Under the pieces are notes generated by a model that saw nothing but the letters and a program-made list of their open reading frames with translations, had not been told where the DNA came from and did not search any database. Made by a program: the position numbers and the translations under genes. Below, in pieces: positions 36,225-45,090 of a stretch of DNA of 64,000 nt. Each line of letters begins with the position of its first letter. Positions within the stretch are counted from its first letter, which is position 1. The stretch is from a virus (Duplodnaviria > Caudoviricetes): positions 1,762 through 65,761 of IMG/VR virus record IMGVR_UViG_3300049332_000001; one strand, written 5' to 3'.

Positions 36225-39143
36225 TTAGACTACGATTTCATCAACCCGTCGCAGTTCCAGGCTGGTGTTCGTGCCAGCTACGTCGATGTCCATGCTTACC
36301 TCGACGCCGGGGCTAAGCACGACGATGCCTGTTTCGCCACCACCCTGCGATTCGATGATGGCTTGTTGTTGCGGTACTTCACCGTCAGCAGTGCGTGAAC
36401 TGATAACTGTGGTGACCACTGCGCCAGGGGCTTCAACAACCACGTTCTTTAACTCATACTCAGCCGGTGGGTCACCGCCCATGCTGTCGCTGGTGCTGGC
36501 TGATGAGGCTAGTAGCTGCAAGGGAAACAGGGGATCGTCGGTGTTTGGGCCTTCGTAGCAGATGACAATGCCGCATTCATAGAGCGTGGCGTCGGTGAAG
36601 TCTTCAACGTTAATCAGCGCCATGCCAATGGTTGCAGCAGCGGATGGATATGTGTTTCCAGTAACAGGGTAATACAGCAGCGAGGGTGTGCCTGACGGTG
36701 AGCCGTGAACTTCTTCTTCAGGTTTGTCAACACCGTCAACCACCGGATACACATATCCTGAGGCAGGACCGGTACTGACCTTGGTCCATACCCACGCCAT
36801 GTAGCCGACAACGGATTCGCCGGAGACGTCAACGTCACCTGCTGACGCAGCTTGCAGCGTGTAGGTTTGGCGTGCGGTACCGATAGCAGTTGCATGCTGC
36901 CTGTAGTTGGTTTCACTGACGGGACGCTCGTTGACCGCGCCGGTGCCGCCTGTGGTGGCCCAAGTGTCCTGATTGACACTGGCAGGCAGTTTGGCTGTCA
37001 TCAGTTTGTTGCCAGGGTCGGAGAGATCGTCGCCGTCGTCAACGTAGAGATGGGTGAACCATGCAAGGTGATCAGCGCCGGGATTGCCGATCCAACCATA
37101 CTCCAAATCAGGCAGGCTGAACGATCCGTTGCCATTGGTAATTACCCCTTCGACTGCAAGTTCTTCCACGCTGTTTATGTAAACCCTGGCATCCATGTCG
37201 TCAGTGCCATTAATCACATAAGCCAGACCAATGCGATACCACGTGTCGACCAGCAGCACGGAGATACCATCATAGCCTTCCGAGGCCGTTGTATTGTTGC
37301 CGCCCGCAAGCCTCAGCACAACGCCCGCGCCTTTCGGTGTCACGGCGAGGCGAAACCCTTCACTGCCCACCGCGTCAACCACTCGCAATATCCCTACTGG
37401 CAGGTGATAGACAACTTCCACCTTCACATAATCCCAACTTTGCGTGTGCGCTGTGTCAGTGTCGCCGCGTCGGGCTTCGGCAATGACCTCGAACACGCCT
37501 GCCGCAAAGTCTGGCGGCGTCCAGCCGCGCTCTGCAGTGACGTCCACCGTGACTACCGTATCCACCAGCGGCATGTCGGCGTTGTCATAGTTTAGCCCCT
37601 CCACGCCGTCAATGCGTGTCTTCACACGCGAGATGCCAATGGACGTGTTGACGTCGTACTTGCGCTCGTAGATGATCTTGACTGAATCGATAACAGCGGA
37701 GGGTGGAACGTCAATCGTGTTAGGCCCGGAGAATCCATAGACCGACCCCTGACCTGCGTTCTTGGCTGGAGATGCTGTAGCATATGAACCATCGTCAACG
37801 TTGAGGTTGCCATGACTGGAAAACCCTCCACCTGAATAAGCCTCAAGCTGCGAACTGTTCACAAACTCCGTCAACGTCACTGAATCATCCGGCACCGAAT
37901 CATAGCGCCAGTAGAAACTCACACGGCGACTTGCGCCCAATACACCTGGCACCTTGACAACGGCGTTCTCACCAGTGTCGGAATCAAACTTCCATGAACC
38001 TGCGCCCGCAACTTGCTGGCTGGAGTCGTAGCTCACTGTTCCAGCATCGACGCTGTTGAAGTAGCCTGTTGCCTGCACTGCGTCGCCACCCGAGTCAAGC
38101 CACGTGATTAGGAACGTGCGTGCGTTGGGGCTTTGTGTCGTGTGGGCGTGGGCTGCATTAGCCACCGCAAGCACGTGCGTCTGGGCCAGCGTGACTGTGT
38201 TTGCAGTGTGCGTTTGAGTGGCGTTCTGAATAGTTAAGTCGTGAACCTCTGCCAGTGCGACGTTGCCTGCTGCCTGAGCGTGAACAGCATTATCAACAGC
38301 AAGCGCATGAACTTGGGTGAGGACTACACTAGCCGCCGACTGTGCGTGACTGGCGTTGGCTACCACAACGTCATGCACCTGCGTCAGTGCGACGGTGGCT
38401 GCGGCATGCGAGTGACCAGCGTCCTGTAGGGTGATGTTCGCCTCAACACCTTGCACAACCCATAGCGCTGCCCCTGTTTCGGCGGCAGAGATGGTGCCTG
38501 TCATGCGCAGTGTGGCCGTGGCTCCCGCGCTTACTAGCCGATAGCCAAGGTCTGCTGCCCCATCGTCACCCGTAGTAGTTGAATGATGCGTGGCAGGGGA
38601 CTCAACGTAATTCCCGTTCCATGTGATCGCGCCAGTAGAATCATCAATGCCGTTAGTGGGCCGCGTCATGGTGGCCGTATCGTCACGAATGCCAATTAGG
38701 CCCATGACTACGCCGCCGCCAAGCACGTTGACGGTTGAACTGGCCGCCACGGTCTGCGAACTGGTGGTCCAGTTAGTCATGGCTGCGGTAACAGCAACAG
38801 GCGTCAGCCACGTGTCGCTCGCGACCTTCGCCATCACCATGATCACAGCACTGGCATTGTTAGGGCTGGCAGAGAAATCGATTGTTGGATCGGTGTCGCC
38901 TGACTGCCAATCACGATACCAGCAGGCAACCTTGACTGAGCCGGTGCCATTGCCAGTAGCAACTGCACCATCGGCAAACTCGATTAACTCAGTCCAGTTG
39001 GCAACCGTCGCCGTAACGGCAAAGTCCTTCCAGCGCGCAAACAGGTACATGCGGTCGCCTGCCTGGGGAGTGGCAGGGATAGCAACTGAGCCGTCTGCGA
39101 TTAGCTCAGCCCACGTGCCTGTGACGCGAAAGGAGACTGCCAT
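36225..39143 (-). CDS. virion fibre/lectin-like protein with 5 His-rich repeats
   Basis: same repeat type; LamG-like stretches; likely start ATG 39143. Confidence 0.65.
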   Translation of the reverse strand: MAVSFRVTGTWAELIADGSVAIPATPQAGDRMYLFARWKDFAVTATVANWTELIEFADGAVATGNGTGSVKVACWYRDWQSGDTDPTIDFSASPNNASAVIMVMAKVASDTWLTPVAVTAAMTNWTTSSQTVAASSTVNVLGGGVVMGLIGIRDDTATMTRPTNGIDDSTGAITWNGNYVESPATHHSTTTGDDGAADLGYRLVSAGATATLRMTGTISAAETGAALWVVQGVEANITLQDAGHSHAAATVALTQVHDVVVANASHAQSAASVVLTQVHALAVDNAVHAQAAGNVALAEVHDLTIQNATQTHTANTVTLAQTHVLAVANAAHAHTTQSPNARTFLITWLDSGGDAVQATGYFNSVDAGTVSYDSSQQVAGAGSWKFDSDTGENAVVKVPGVLGASRRVSFYWRYDSVPDDSVTLTEFVNSSQLEAYSGGGFSSHGNLNVDDGSYATASPAKNAGQGSVYGFSGPNTIDVPPSAVIDSVKIIYERKYDVNTSIGISRVKTRIDGVEGLNYDNADMPLVDTVVTVDVTAERGWTPPDFAAGVFEVIAEARRGDTDTAHTQSWDYVKVEVVYHLPVGILRVVDAVGSEGFRLAVTPKGAGVVLRLAGGNNTTASEGYDGISVLLVDTWYRIGLAYVINGTDDMDARVYINSVEELAVEGVITNGNGSFSLPDLEYGWIGNPGADHLAWFTHLYVDDGDDLSDPGNKLMTAKLPASVNQDTWATTGGTGAVNERPVSETNYRQHATAIGTARQTYTLQAASAGDVDVSGESVVGYMAWVWTKVSTGPASGYVYPVVDGVDKPEEEVHGSPSGTPSLLYYPVTGNTYPSAAATIGMALINVEDFTDATLYECGIVICYEGPNTDDPLFPLQLLASSASTSDSMGGDPPAEYELKNVVVEAPGAVVTTVISSRTADGEVPQQQAIIESQGGGETGIVVLSPGVEVSMDIDVAGTNTSLELRRVDEIVV

Positions 39144-39150
39144 GGTTAGC

Positions 39151-39178
39151 AAAAAGGCCCGACCATACGCCGAGCCTT
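39151..39178 (-). terminator. intrinsic terminator-like hairpin
   Basis: AAGGCTCGG...TCGGGCCTTTTT on the minus strand. Confidence 0.55.
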
Positions 39179-39215
39179 CCTTGTGGTTTCAGCTTAATGG
39201 ACTCTCGGCGACAAG

Positions 39216-39584
39216 CTAAGTCGGATCAGCAATCTCAACCTTCCACGCAGGGATGTTGACGGTGTTCCCGCTGGTGAGCACCTGCGACGTGCAGGTAGTC
39301 ACGTAGAGCAACCGCGTGGCATCGCACAGGGCAACATGATCCGCCGTGCCTGACGTGTCAACAGGAACCGCGCTCTTGGCCGCCACCGTACACTTGCGCC
39401 CGCTGGTGTCGCCGTTCGCCTTGGTATAGTCAGTGTTGGGTGTCATGGCAACGTCAGCCAACTTGTTGGTGGTTACCGCTTCCGTGCGCGTGGTGGGCTG
39501 ACCCGCGCAGACAGTCATTATGTCCGCTTGGTCCAACACATCGAACGCGCCGTCTAAAATATCATCGTGAACGATCTTCGCCAA
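39216..39584 (-). CDS. small virion structural protein (decoration/fibre-base-like)
   Basis: GTADHVALCD...TSGNTVNIPAWKVEI, seen upstream of phage fibre genes. Confidence 0.6.
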   Translation of the reverse strand: MAKIVHDDILDGAFDVLDQADIMTVCAGQPTTRTEAVTTNKLADVAMTPNTDYTKANGDTSGRKCTVAAKSAVPVDTSGTADHVALCDATRLLYVTTCTSQVLTSGNTVNIPAWKVEIADPT

Positions 39585-39585
39585 T

Positions 39586-39777
39586 TTAGTTTACCTCCGC
39601 ACTGTGGCCTAGTTGTATATCGGCAACATCAAGAGTTGCGCCTTCACCTACCGCTCTCTCACCAATCCATCCTGCCTGTTGAAAGTACTGAGCATCATCG
39701 GCCGATACCTCATAACTCTCACCAGCTTCGTAAGTCTCTGCACCATGCTTAAACGTCTGGTTTGGAACGACAATCAT
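39586..39777 (-). CDS. small hypothetical protein downstream of capsid
   Basis: FKHG.ETYEAGESYEV...AGWI. Confidence 0.55.
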   Translation of the reverse strand: MIVVPNQTFKHGAETYEAGESYEVSADDAQYFQQAGWIGERAVGEGATLDVADIQLGHSAEVN

Positions 39778-41123
39778 GCCGCTACCTCATCCTTGCGCTT
39801 ACGCTGTTTGTTCTCGTCAGGCGCGGCGATCATCTTGTTCTCCGCTGGTGCCGCAACCGCTTTGGCGTCAGGATTAATCCAACCATTCCTCTGCGCCAAG
39901 TCTGCCGGAACCATTGCCCCTTTGGGATAGAGTCGAACAACTGCCGTAGCAGGTGCCCGATCTTCATCAGTCATCTGATAGTTTCCATCTGCCAGCTTCC
40001 AGATCCAACGATCTGCTTTCCACATTGCCACAGTTCCGTCACCTTTCCCTTTCCATCGATTGGCTGTCTCAATAAACGCCTGCTCCAGCCGATCAAACTC
40101 CTGCTCGGGCTCAATAGACCGCGCTAGTTCAAGCACAATCTGTGAGCGTTCGTGATAGTAGAAGTCGTCAGTCATCAAGCGCGAAACTTCATTGAACCAT
40201 GCGGCCACGTCGTTGCGGTCGATGAAAATGCCCGCGTCGCCAAACGCTTCTTGCAACCCCAGCGTCGGATGCGCGACTGTTGGAATGCCTGCGCAGGCAG
40301 CTTCAATGCCCACGCGCCCGTAGGACTCATACTCTGACGGCATCAGCAGTACCTTGGTTTTGCGAAACACGTTGCGAATGTCCGGCGTGTGGGCCATCCA
40401 CTCAATATTACCGGCAGCAGGCATTGCACCACCTTTGCGAGGGGCGTCTGGCGCAAGGATCATCTGCTCACCATAGCCGCCTTCGACGGCAAGGAATTCA
40501 CTATCAGGCATTAGCCTCGCCAGCGCCTTGAATGTCTCAACTCCCTTGCCCGGCGTCGGATTTACCAGCGTAATCTTTGTGCCGCGCTCGCATTCATAGT
40601 GCTCGCGTTCAACCACAGGATGGACCACGACTGACGGCGCAAGCCACTCGGCGGGCATGGTGAGCCCGTTGTACGAGCTTGGTCTTGCAGCCAGCCAACG
40701 TGAGTTATATACCGTCAACGCATTCTTGTACGGCACACGCGCATCCACCCGCCAGCACATCATCTGCGCATCATTGTGAACGAAATGGACTAACGGAATC
40801 TTGGTTGACATTGCCAGCATCATTGCCTGATTGGTGAGGTCGAGGTGCGTGACAAGAAGGTCGGAGCCTGCAACGTAGTGTTCCAGCCATGACTGTTGAC
40901 CGCGACGTGGCGGGCGCACCACACTGATGCCGTCGATTTCGTAGGGCGCTGTTCTGCTGTTCGCGCAGATTACGCGTACCTGATGACCGCGCTTGACCAT
41001 TGCGCGCAAGGCTGCATGCAACGTGGTTTCAGAACCAGCACAGTGCTCTGGCGGGAAAAGATGGATTAGGGCTGTTAGCTTCATTAGCAAAATGGCGGGC
41101 GGCTGGCCTTCCGAGGAAAGCAA
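39774..41123 (-). CDS. GT4-family (GT-B) glycosyltransferase with C-terminal extension
   Basis: GSETTLH...RGHQVRV; LLMPSEYESYGRVGIEAACAGIPTV (E-X7-E). Confidence 0.88.
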   Translation of the reverse strand: MLSSEGQPPAILLMKLTALIHLFPPEHCAGSETTLHAALRAMVKRGHQVRVICANSRTAPYEIDGISVVRPPRRGQQSWLEHYVAGSDLLVTHLDLTNQAMMLAMSTKIPLVHFVHNDAQMMCWRVDARVPYKNALTVYNSRWLAARPSSYNGLTMPAEWLAPSVVVHPVVEREHYECERGTKITLVNPTPGKGVETFKALARLMPDSEFLAVEGGYGEQMILAPDAPRKGGAMPAAGNIEWMAHTPDIRNVFRKTKVLLMPSEYESYGRVGIEAACAGIPTVAHPTLGLQEAFGDAGIFIDRNDVAAWFNEVSRLMTDDFYYHERSQIVLELARSIEPEQEFDRLEQAFIETANRWKGKGDGTVAMWKADRWIWKLADGNYQMTDEDRAPATAVVRLYPKGAMVPADLAQRNGWINPDAKAVAAPAENKMIAAPDENKQRKRKDEVAA

Positions 41124-41158
41124 TCAACCGCCCTATGGCAACGGGCTGTTGTGCGCCG

Positions 41159-42493
41159 TTACGAGTTTGCGCCGGCAAACAGGTCAATCTTGACCACGGC
41201 GGGGGGTCTTAAAACCCCGAACGCCCATCGACCTTCATACAGGATGTCAATGATATTGCGCTCAAAGTGGTCGCGGTTCGAGTCGGTGATATAAACCGTT
41301 GGATCTTGTCGGTCCCAAACCACCAACTGCTTCAAGTCGCCTGAATAGCCGGTACCTTGCGGGATAACCTCAGACTCAATTACAGGCAGGCCCCAGAGCA
41401 TCTTTGTGCCCATCTGCATGGGACCGCCAAAGTAGAACTGGCCCTGAGCACCACGCGCAAGGTCAATGGTTTCCCAGTCGTAGGGGTTGAGCAGGAAGCC
41501 GGTTGAGCGGGCGCGGCCCTGGACCATTGCGGCAGTGCGTGCTTTGCGGGTCGTAGTCAGCAAGCCGCCAGTGGTGTCCTCGCTGTCGGCAACAAACGGC
41601 TGTGGAGTCAGGTTTGGCGTGTTCTCCAGTCCGGTAAAGTGGTTCGCGCCACCTGGCCCGGCAATGATTTCCTCTTCCAGTTCAAGGTCAATGTCGAGGC
41701 GCATGAAGTTCGTCATCATCGATTGCAGTTGCGGCGCGTCGCTGAGGATCGTGCGCGTGGCCTGCATGATGACGGCAATGGTCTTGACGCCTGTTTGCAC
41801 CACTTCCAGCGCCATGCTTGCTTTGGGCTTGAGGGCCAGATCGTCGGTGGCTGACGTTGCTTCAGGGACAATCGCCGCTGCGCGCGTGAGACTGTTGACG
41901 CGCACGTACTCAATCAGGTTGCTGCCAGTTTGCAGGATGGTAATGACGTCGCGAATGCTTGGCTGGCGCAGCGGCAAGTCAACAGGCCACGGGCCATAAT
42001 CGCGGCGCACTAAGCCGCCGCCTGCAGTCACGGGCACCGACATTACCAGATCCTTGAATGACAGGTCGCCCAGACCGACATCTTTCAGCGCGATGGTAGG
42101 CGAGCGGCCAAACCTGACTGACGCGTTCATCTCCTTGCCTTCAGGAGCAATAGACTCGCGCCATGCCTTGAACTCAGGCGCATTGATAATCGCCTCGCCC
42201 ATTGTCTTGATTTCAGGCTGGCCGTTACCATTACCATTGCCGTTGCCAAAGTCAGGGCGGCCCACAGGCTGCGCGAGAAACGTCTCAATCGCTTTCAGGC
42301 GTTTGCTGCGGTCGGCAAACTTGTTCTCTTCGTCAACCTTGGCGCTTAGCTCTTCAATCGACTTCCAGCGTGTGTCAAGCTCAGCTTGCTGCTCGGTGGT
42401 AGGCGTCTCTGCGCCCTGCTTTTCCCAGAACGCTTTCTCGGCCTCCACCAGCGCCTTAAGCTCCTGTGCTGCTGTTTTCTTTTCTTCCGGCAT
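41159..42493 (-). CDS. major capsid protein, HK97 fold
   Basis: N-terminal coiled-coil delta domain; GGGLV, KTIAV, LLNPYDW, LWGLPVIES, RWAFGVLRPPAVV. Confidence 0.93.
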   Translation of the reverse strand: MPEEKKTAAQELKALVEAEKAFWEKQGAETPTTEQQAELDTRWKSIEELSAKVDEENKFADRSKRLKAIETFLAQPVGRPDFGNGNGNGNGQPEIKTMGEAIINAPEFKAWRESIAPEGKEMNASVRFGRSPTIALKDVGLGDLSFKDLVMSVPVTAGGGLVRRDYGPWPVDLPLRQPSIRDVITILQTGSNLIEYVRVNSLTRAAAIVPEATSATDDLALKPKASMALEVVQTGVKTIAVIMQATRTILSDAPQLQSMMTNFMRLDIDLELEEEIIAGPGGANHFTGLENTPNLTPQPFVADSEDTTGGLLTTTRKARTAAMVQGRARSTGFLLNPYDWETIDLARGAQGQFYFGGPMQMGTKMLWGLPVIESEVIPQGTGYSGDLKQLVVWDRQDPTVYITDSNRDHFERNIIDILYEGRWAFGVLRPPAVVKIDLFAGANS

Positions 42494-42519
42494 TCGTTGT
42501 TGCTCCTTGCGTGTTAAGG

Positions 42520-43461
42520 CTACGCCAGCGCTCGAATGGCGAGGCTTTGCATGCGTAGCGATTGAGTCCTTAGCGCGGCCACGTCGATTGACTTCTCTTT
42601 CGGCTTTGGTTCACTCATTTCCATCAGGTTACTTAGCTCCGTGTGAAGCTCCATGATCTTGTCCATACAGGATTGAACCTTTGCCCGATTAGAGGAAGAG
42701 AGCATCCGGCCTTCCTTGACCCGGTTCTCGTGGTTGCGCTGCATGTTGCTGGTGTGCTTCGCCAATGCGGATACCACATCGTCAAAGGACTCAAAGGAGT
42801 CGGATACCGGCTGGCCTTTGAGGTAGTCAATAATCTTGTCTTTGCCATGCGCAGTTATTAGCGCATCAAGTTCAGATTCCAGTGTTGATTCCACCTGCTC
42901 TGCTGACTTCGCCGCGGTTGCCGTTGCCCGTTTATTCATTGGCGCAGTAACAATGGAGTCCTCAATCGCCTCAACTGATTTCAGGACGCGAATGCGGTTA
43001 AACTTTTGCGCCTTTTCCAGCATTGCGGGCAAGAGATCGGCCTTGATGTACTTAGGCAATTCGGCGTCATAGTCTTTAGCCTCGACATGGACAAAGGACG
43101 TCGGCGCATAACCAAACGAGAAGCCAACGGTTTTACCCGCCGCCAAGCGCTCCTTTGCCTTAGTGCGCACATTCTGCGCGTCAGGCGTGGAGTGAAACTG
43201 TGATTTGACGAACCAACCGTGATCATCTTCGTGCGCGTCAACTGGAAACCCCACTGCTTTATCAAAGTCCCAATCATGAGACTGTGCAGTGAAGCCGCTT
43301 AAAAGGTAGTCGCTGAGCGTATCTTTGAATGCGCCCTTGACAACAATATCGCCGCCTTCGTCAATGACGCCATAAACCGAGCGATAACCCTCGATGGAAC
43401 CCGAGCCATCGTCGGAGACTTTCAGATCCTTCAGGCTGGTAAATTTGCGCTCTATCGGCAT
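42520..43461 (-). CDS. HK97-family prohead protease with C-terminal extension
   Basis: IEGYRSVYGVIDEGGDIVVKGAF, HDW...VG, GFSFGY, EDSIVTAPMN; likely start 43461. Confidence 0.9.
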   Translation of the reverse strand: MPIERKFTSLKDLKVSDDGSGSIEGYRSVYGVIDEGGDIVVKGAFKDTLSDYLLSGFTAQSHDWDFDKAVGFPVDAHEDDHGWFVKSQFHSTPDAQNVRTKAKERLAAGKTVGFSFGYAPTSFVHVEAKDYDAELPKYIKADLLPAMLEKAQKFNRIRVLKSVEAIEDSIVTAPMNKRATATAAKSAEQVESTLESELDALITAHGKDKIIDYLKGQPVSDSFESFDDVVSALAKHTSNMQRNHENRVKEGRMLSSSNRAKVQSCMDKIMELHTELSNLMEMSEPKPKEKSIDVAALRTQSLRMQSLAIRALA

Positions 43462-43465
43462 AAGC

Positions 43466-43508
43466 AAAAAGCCCGTCGCAATCTCCATTGCTGGAAATCA
43501 CGGCGGGC
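43466..43508 (-). terminator. intrinsic terminator-like hairpin
   Basis: GCCCG...CGGGCTTTTT on the minus strand. Confidence 0.5.
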
Positions 43509-43717
43509 AGGTCGTCATCACGGGCTGACGCTTAACTCGCTAGGTTGTTATCAAGTCGCGGTCTTTTGTCGCAATCCCTTTACGCGATCGATCAGGTTGT
43601 ATAATTGCCGCTCAATCTTTTGTAACTCCTGCTTCGTGTCCTGATGCACGTCTGGTTTGACTAAAGGAACACGCTGCGAATTTAGCAGTGTTGATTCAGG
43701 TTTAGGGGACTGCTGGC

Positions 43718-44101
43718 TCATTGAATAGTATCAGGCCAAACCTCAGCAACCGGAATAGGGTTAAACCCGTCTGGCACTTCCGCTGAAAGCCTTAGAGGTT
43801 GTAACGGCCGATTGAACGTCAAGACCTCAAGGTAAATATAGCCCTGTTCAAGAATCTGCCGCTTCTCTTCCTCACTTAAAACCCAACGCGTCAGTACCGT
43901 GCCATCCTCAAGCTTTACAGCCGGAAGAGGCAGATACTCAGGCTGGTCTTTGGCATAAGTAACCTCAGATACATCAGCGTTAGGAATAACCGGACTTACG
44001 GGTTGCATGTATTCTCCTTGGGCGTAGCCCTCAGCTGTCACGCCACACTTTACCACACACTTGCGGTCAGAATGCAACAAAGTTTTACTGAACAGTCTCA
44101 A
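43718..44101 (-). CDS. conserved-looking hypothetical phage protein
   Basis: YAKDQPEYLPLPA...TRWVLSEEE...LTFNRPLQP. Confidence 0.65.
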   Translation of the reverse strand: MRLFSKTLLHSDRKCVVKCGVTAEGYAQGEYMQPVSPVIPNADVSEVTYAKDQPEYLPLPAVKLEDGTVLTRWVLSEEEKRQILEQGYIYLEVLTFNRPLQPLRLSAEVPDGFNPIPVAEVWPDTIQ

Positions 44102-44300
44102 GGTTAACTACTTCACGCAAGATTGACGTTCGACAATATATCATCCGAAACTCCATAGAAGCCGTGCTCAGCGGCCTGCGACAGTGAAGCCGACTAACGA
44201 TCTCAGTCCACGGTTCTTCATAAACAATTTCCCATCCACTTAAATCGTTTAAGGATTCCGCTGTCCAGAAGTCTTCATCACCAACGCGATCAATTCTCAT
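44085..44300 (-). CDS. hypothetical protein
   Basis: ATGA overlap with the GT11 stop. Confidence 0.45.
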   Translation of the reverse strand: MRIDRVGDEDFWTAESLNDLSGWEIVYEEPWTEIVSRLHCRRPLSTASMEFRMIYCRTSILREVVNLETVQ

Positions 44301-45052
44301 TGCCAGTTGATAACCTCCCACCCCTCGCCGTAAATGTCCTCACCTGTAATCGACGTATATCGCGGTCCAAACCATGGGCGTGGTGCAATCACGCGCTTGT
44401 TTGGTGCCTCACCCAGAATCGCTGCCATTGCGCTATAGGCTGAGTTGGCTATGATGAACGATGTGCATCGTTTAAGTAACCGGAAATCATCAAGGTAGTT
44501 GCGTCCCTCGCTGTAGTCAACCTCGTTGCCAAACATTCGCTTGCACTCGACAATGTCGTCGCTGAAGACGAGAAACTTTGCGCCGGAGAATCGTTCCATT
44601 GCCGCGCGGTAGTAACTCTCAGGCACACGCGGGTGATAGCCGCCGTCGTAGTCGCCGCGCCGGACGTGGATGCCAACGTAGGTGTTTTGTGGGGGCTCGT
44701 CTTTCATTCGCAGCCAAAACCTAACCCCATCAAGACAATGGGCGAAATAGCGTTCGCTTTGCAGGTGCCCGCTGAGGCTAACGCTCTCTGTCAGGCGTAC
44801 GTCGTGATAGCCCCAATTGATGAAACGGCCAGGCAGTGTTGGACCACTGTAAACAGGCAGCGGGTTAACAAAGTGGCGATATACGTCGCAGTCCTCAGTT
44901 GAGCCAAAGCGGTCTTTATGATCGTGGTTCATCCAGCGCGGAAAAGCGAAGTCAAAGCCGTTGCGGCGGGCTATCCCTATCGTGCTCGCAACTTGAAACA
45001 TCTGGTTCGCCAGACGGCCGTAATGGCCTAACGCATTGAAGGTTACTATCAT
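44297..45052 (-). CDS. GT11 alpha-1,2-fucosyltransferase
   Basis: GRLANQMFQ, HVRRGDY, VFSDD, IIANS.YS, VIAPRPWF. Confidence 0.93.
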   Translation of the reverse strand: MIVTFNALGHYGRLANQMFQVASTIGIARRNGFDFAFPRWMNHDHKDRFGSTEDCDVYRHFVNPLPVYSGPTLPGRFINWGYHDVRLTESVSLSGHLQSERYFAHCLDGVRFWLRMKDEPPQNTYVGIHVRRGDYDGGYHPRVPESYYRAAMERFSGAKFLVFSDDIVECKRMFGNEVDYSEGRNYLDDFRLLKRCTSFIIANSAYSAMAAILGEAPNKRVIAPRPWFGPRYTSITGEDIYGEGWEVINWQ

Positions 45053-45090
45053 AGTTCACGCTACTCTTACCACATCGCAGACATACCGCT

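Noticed and set aside
43594-43605. AGGTTGTATAAT as an antisense promoter similar to the 60.96 kb promoter
   Set aside because: No acceptable -35 or TGn extension; it lies within a probable small minus-strand ORF.
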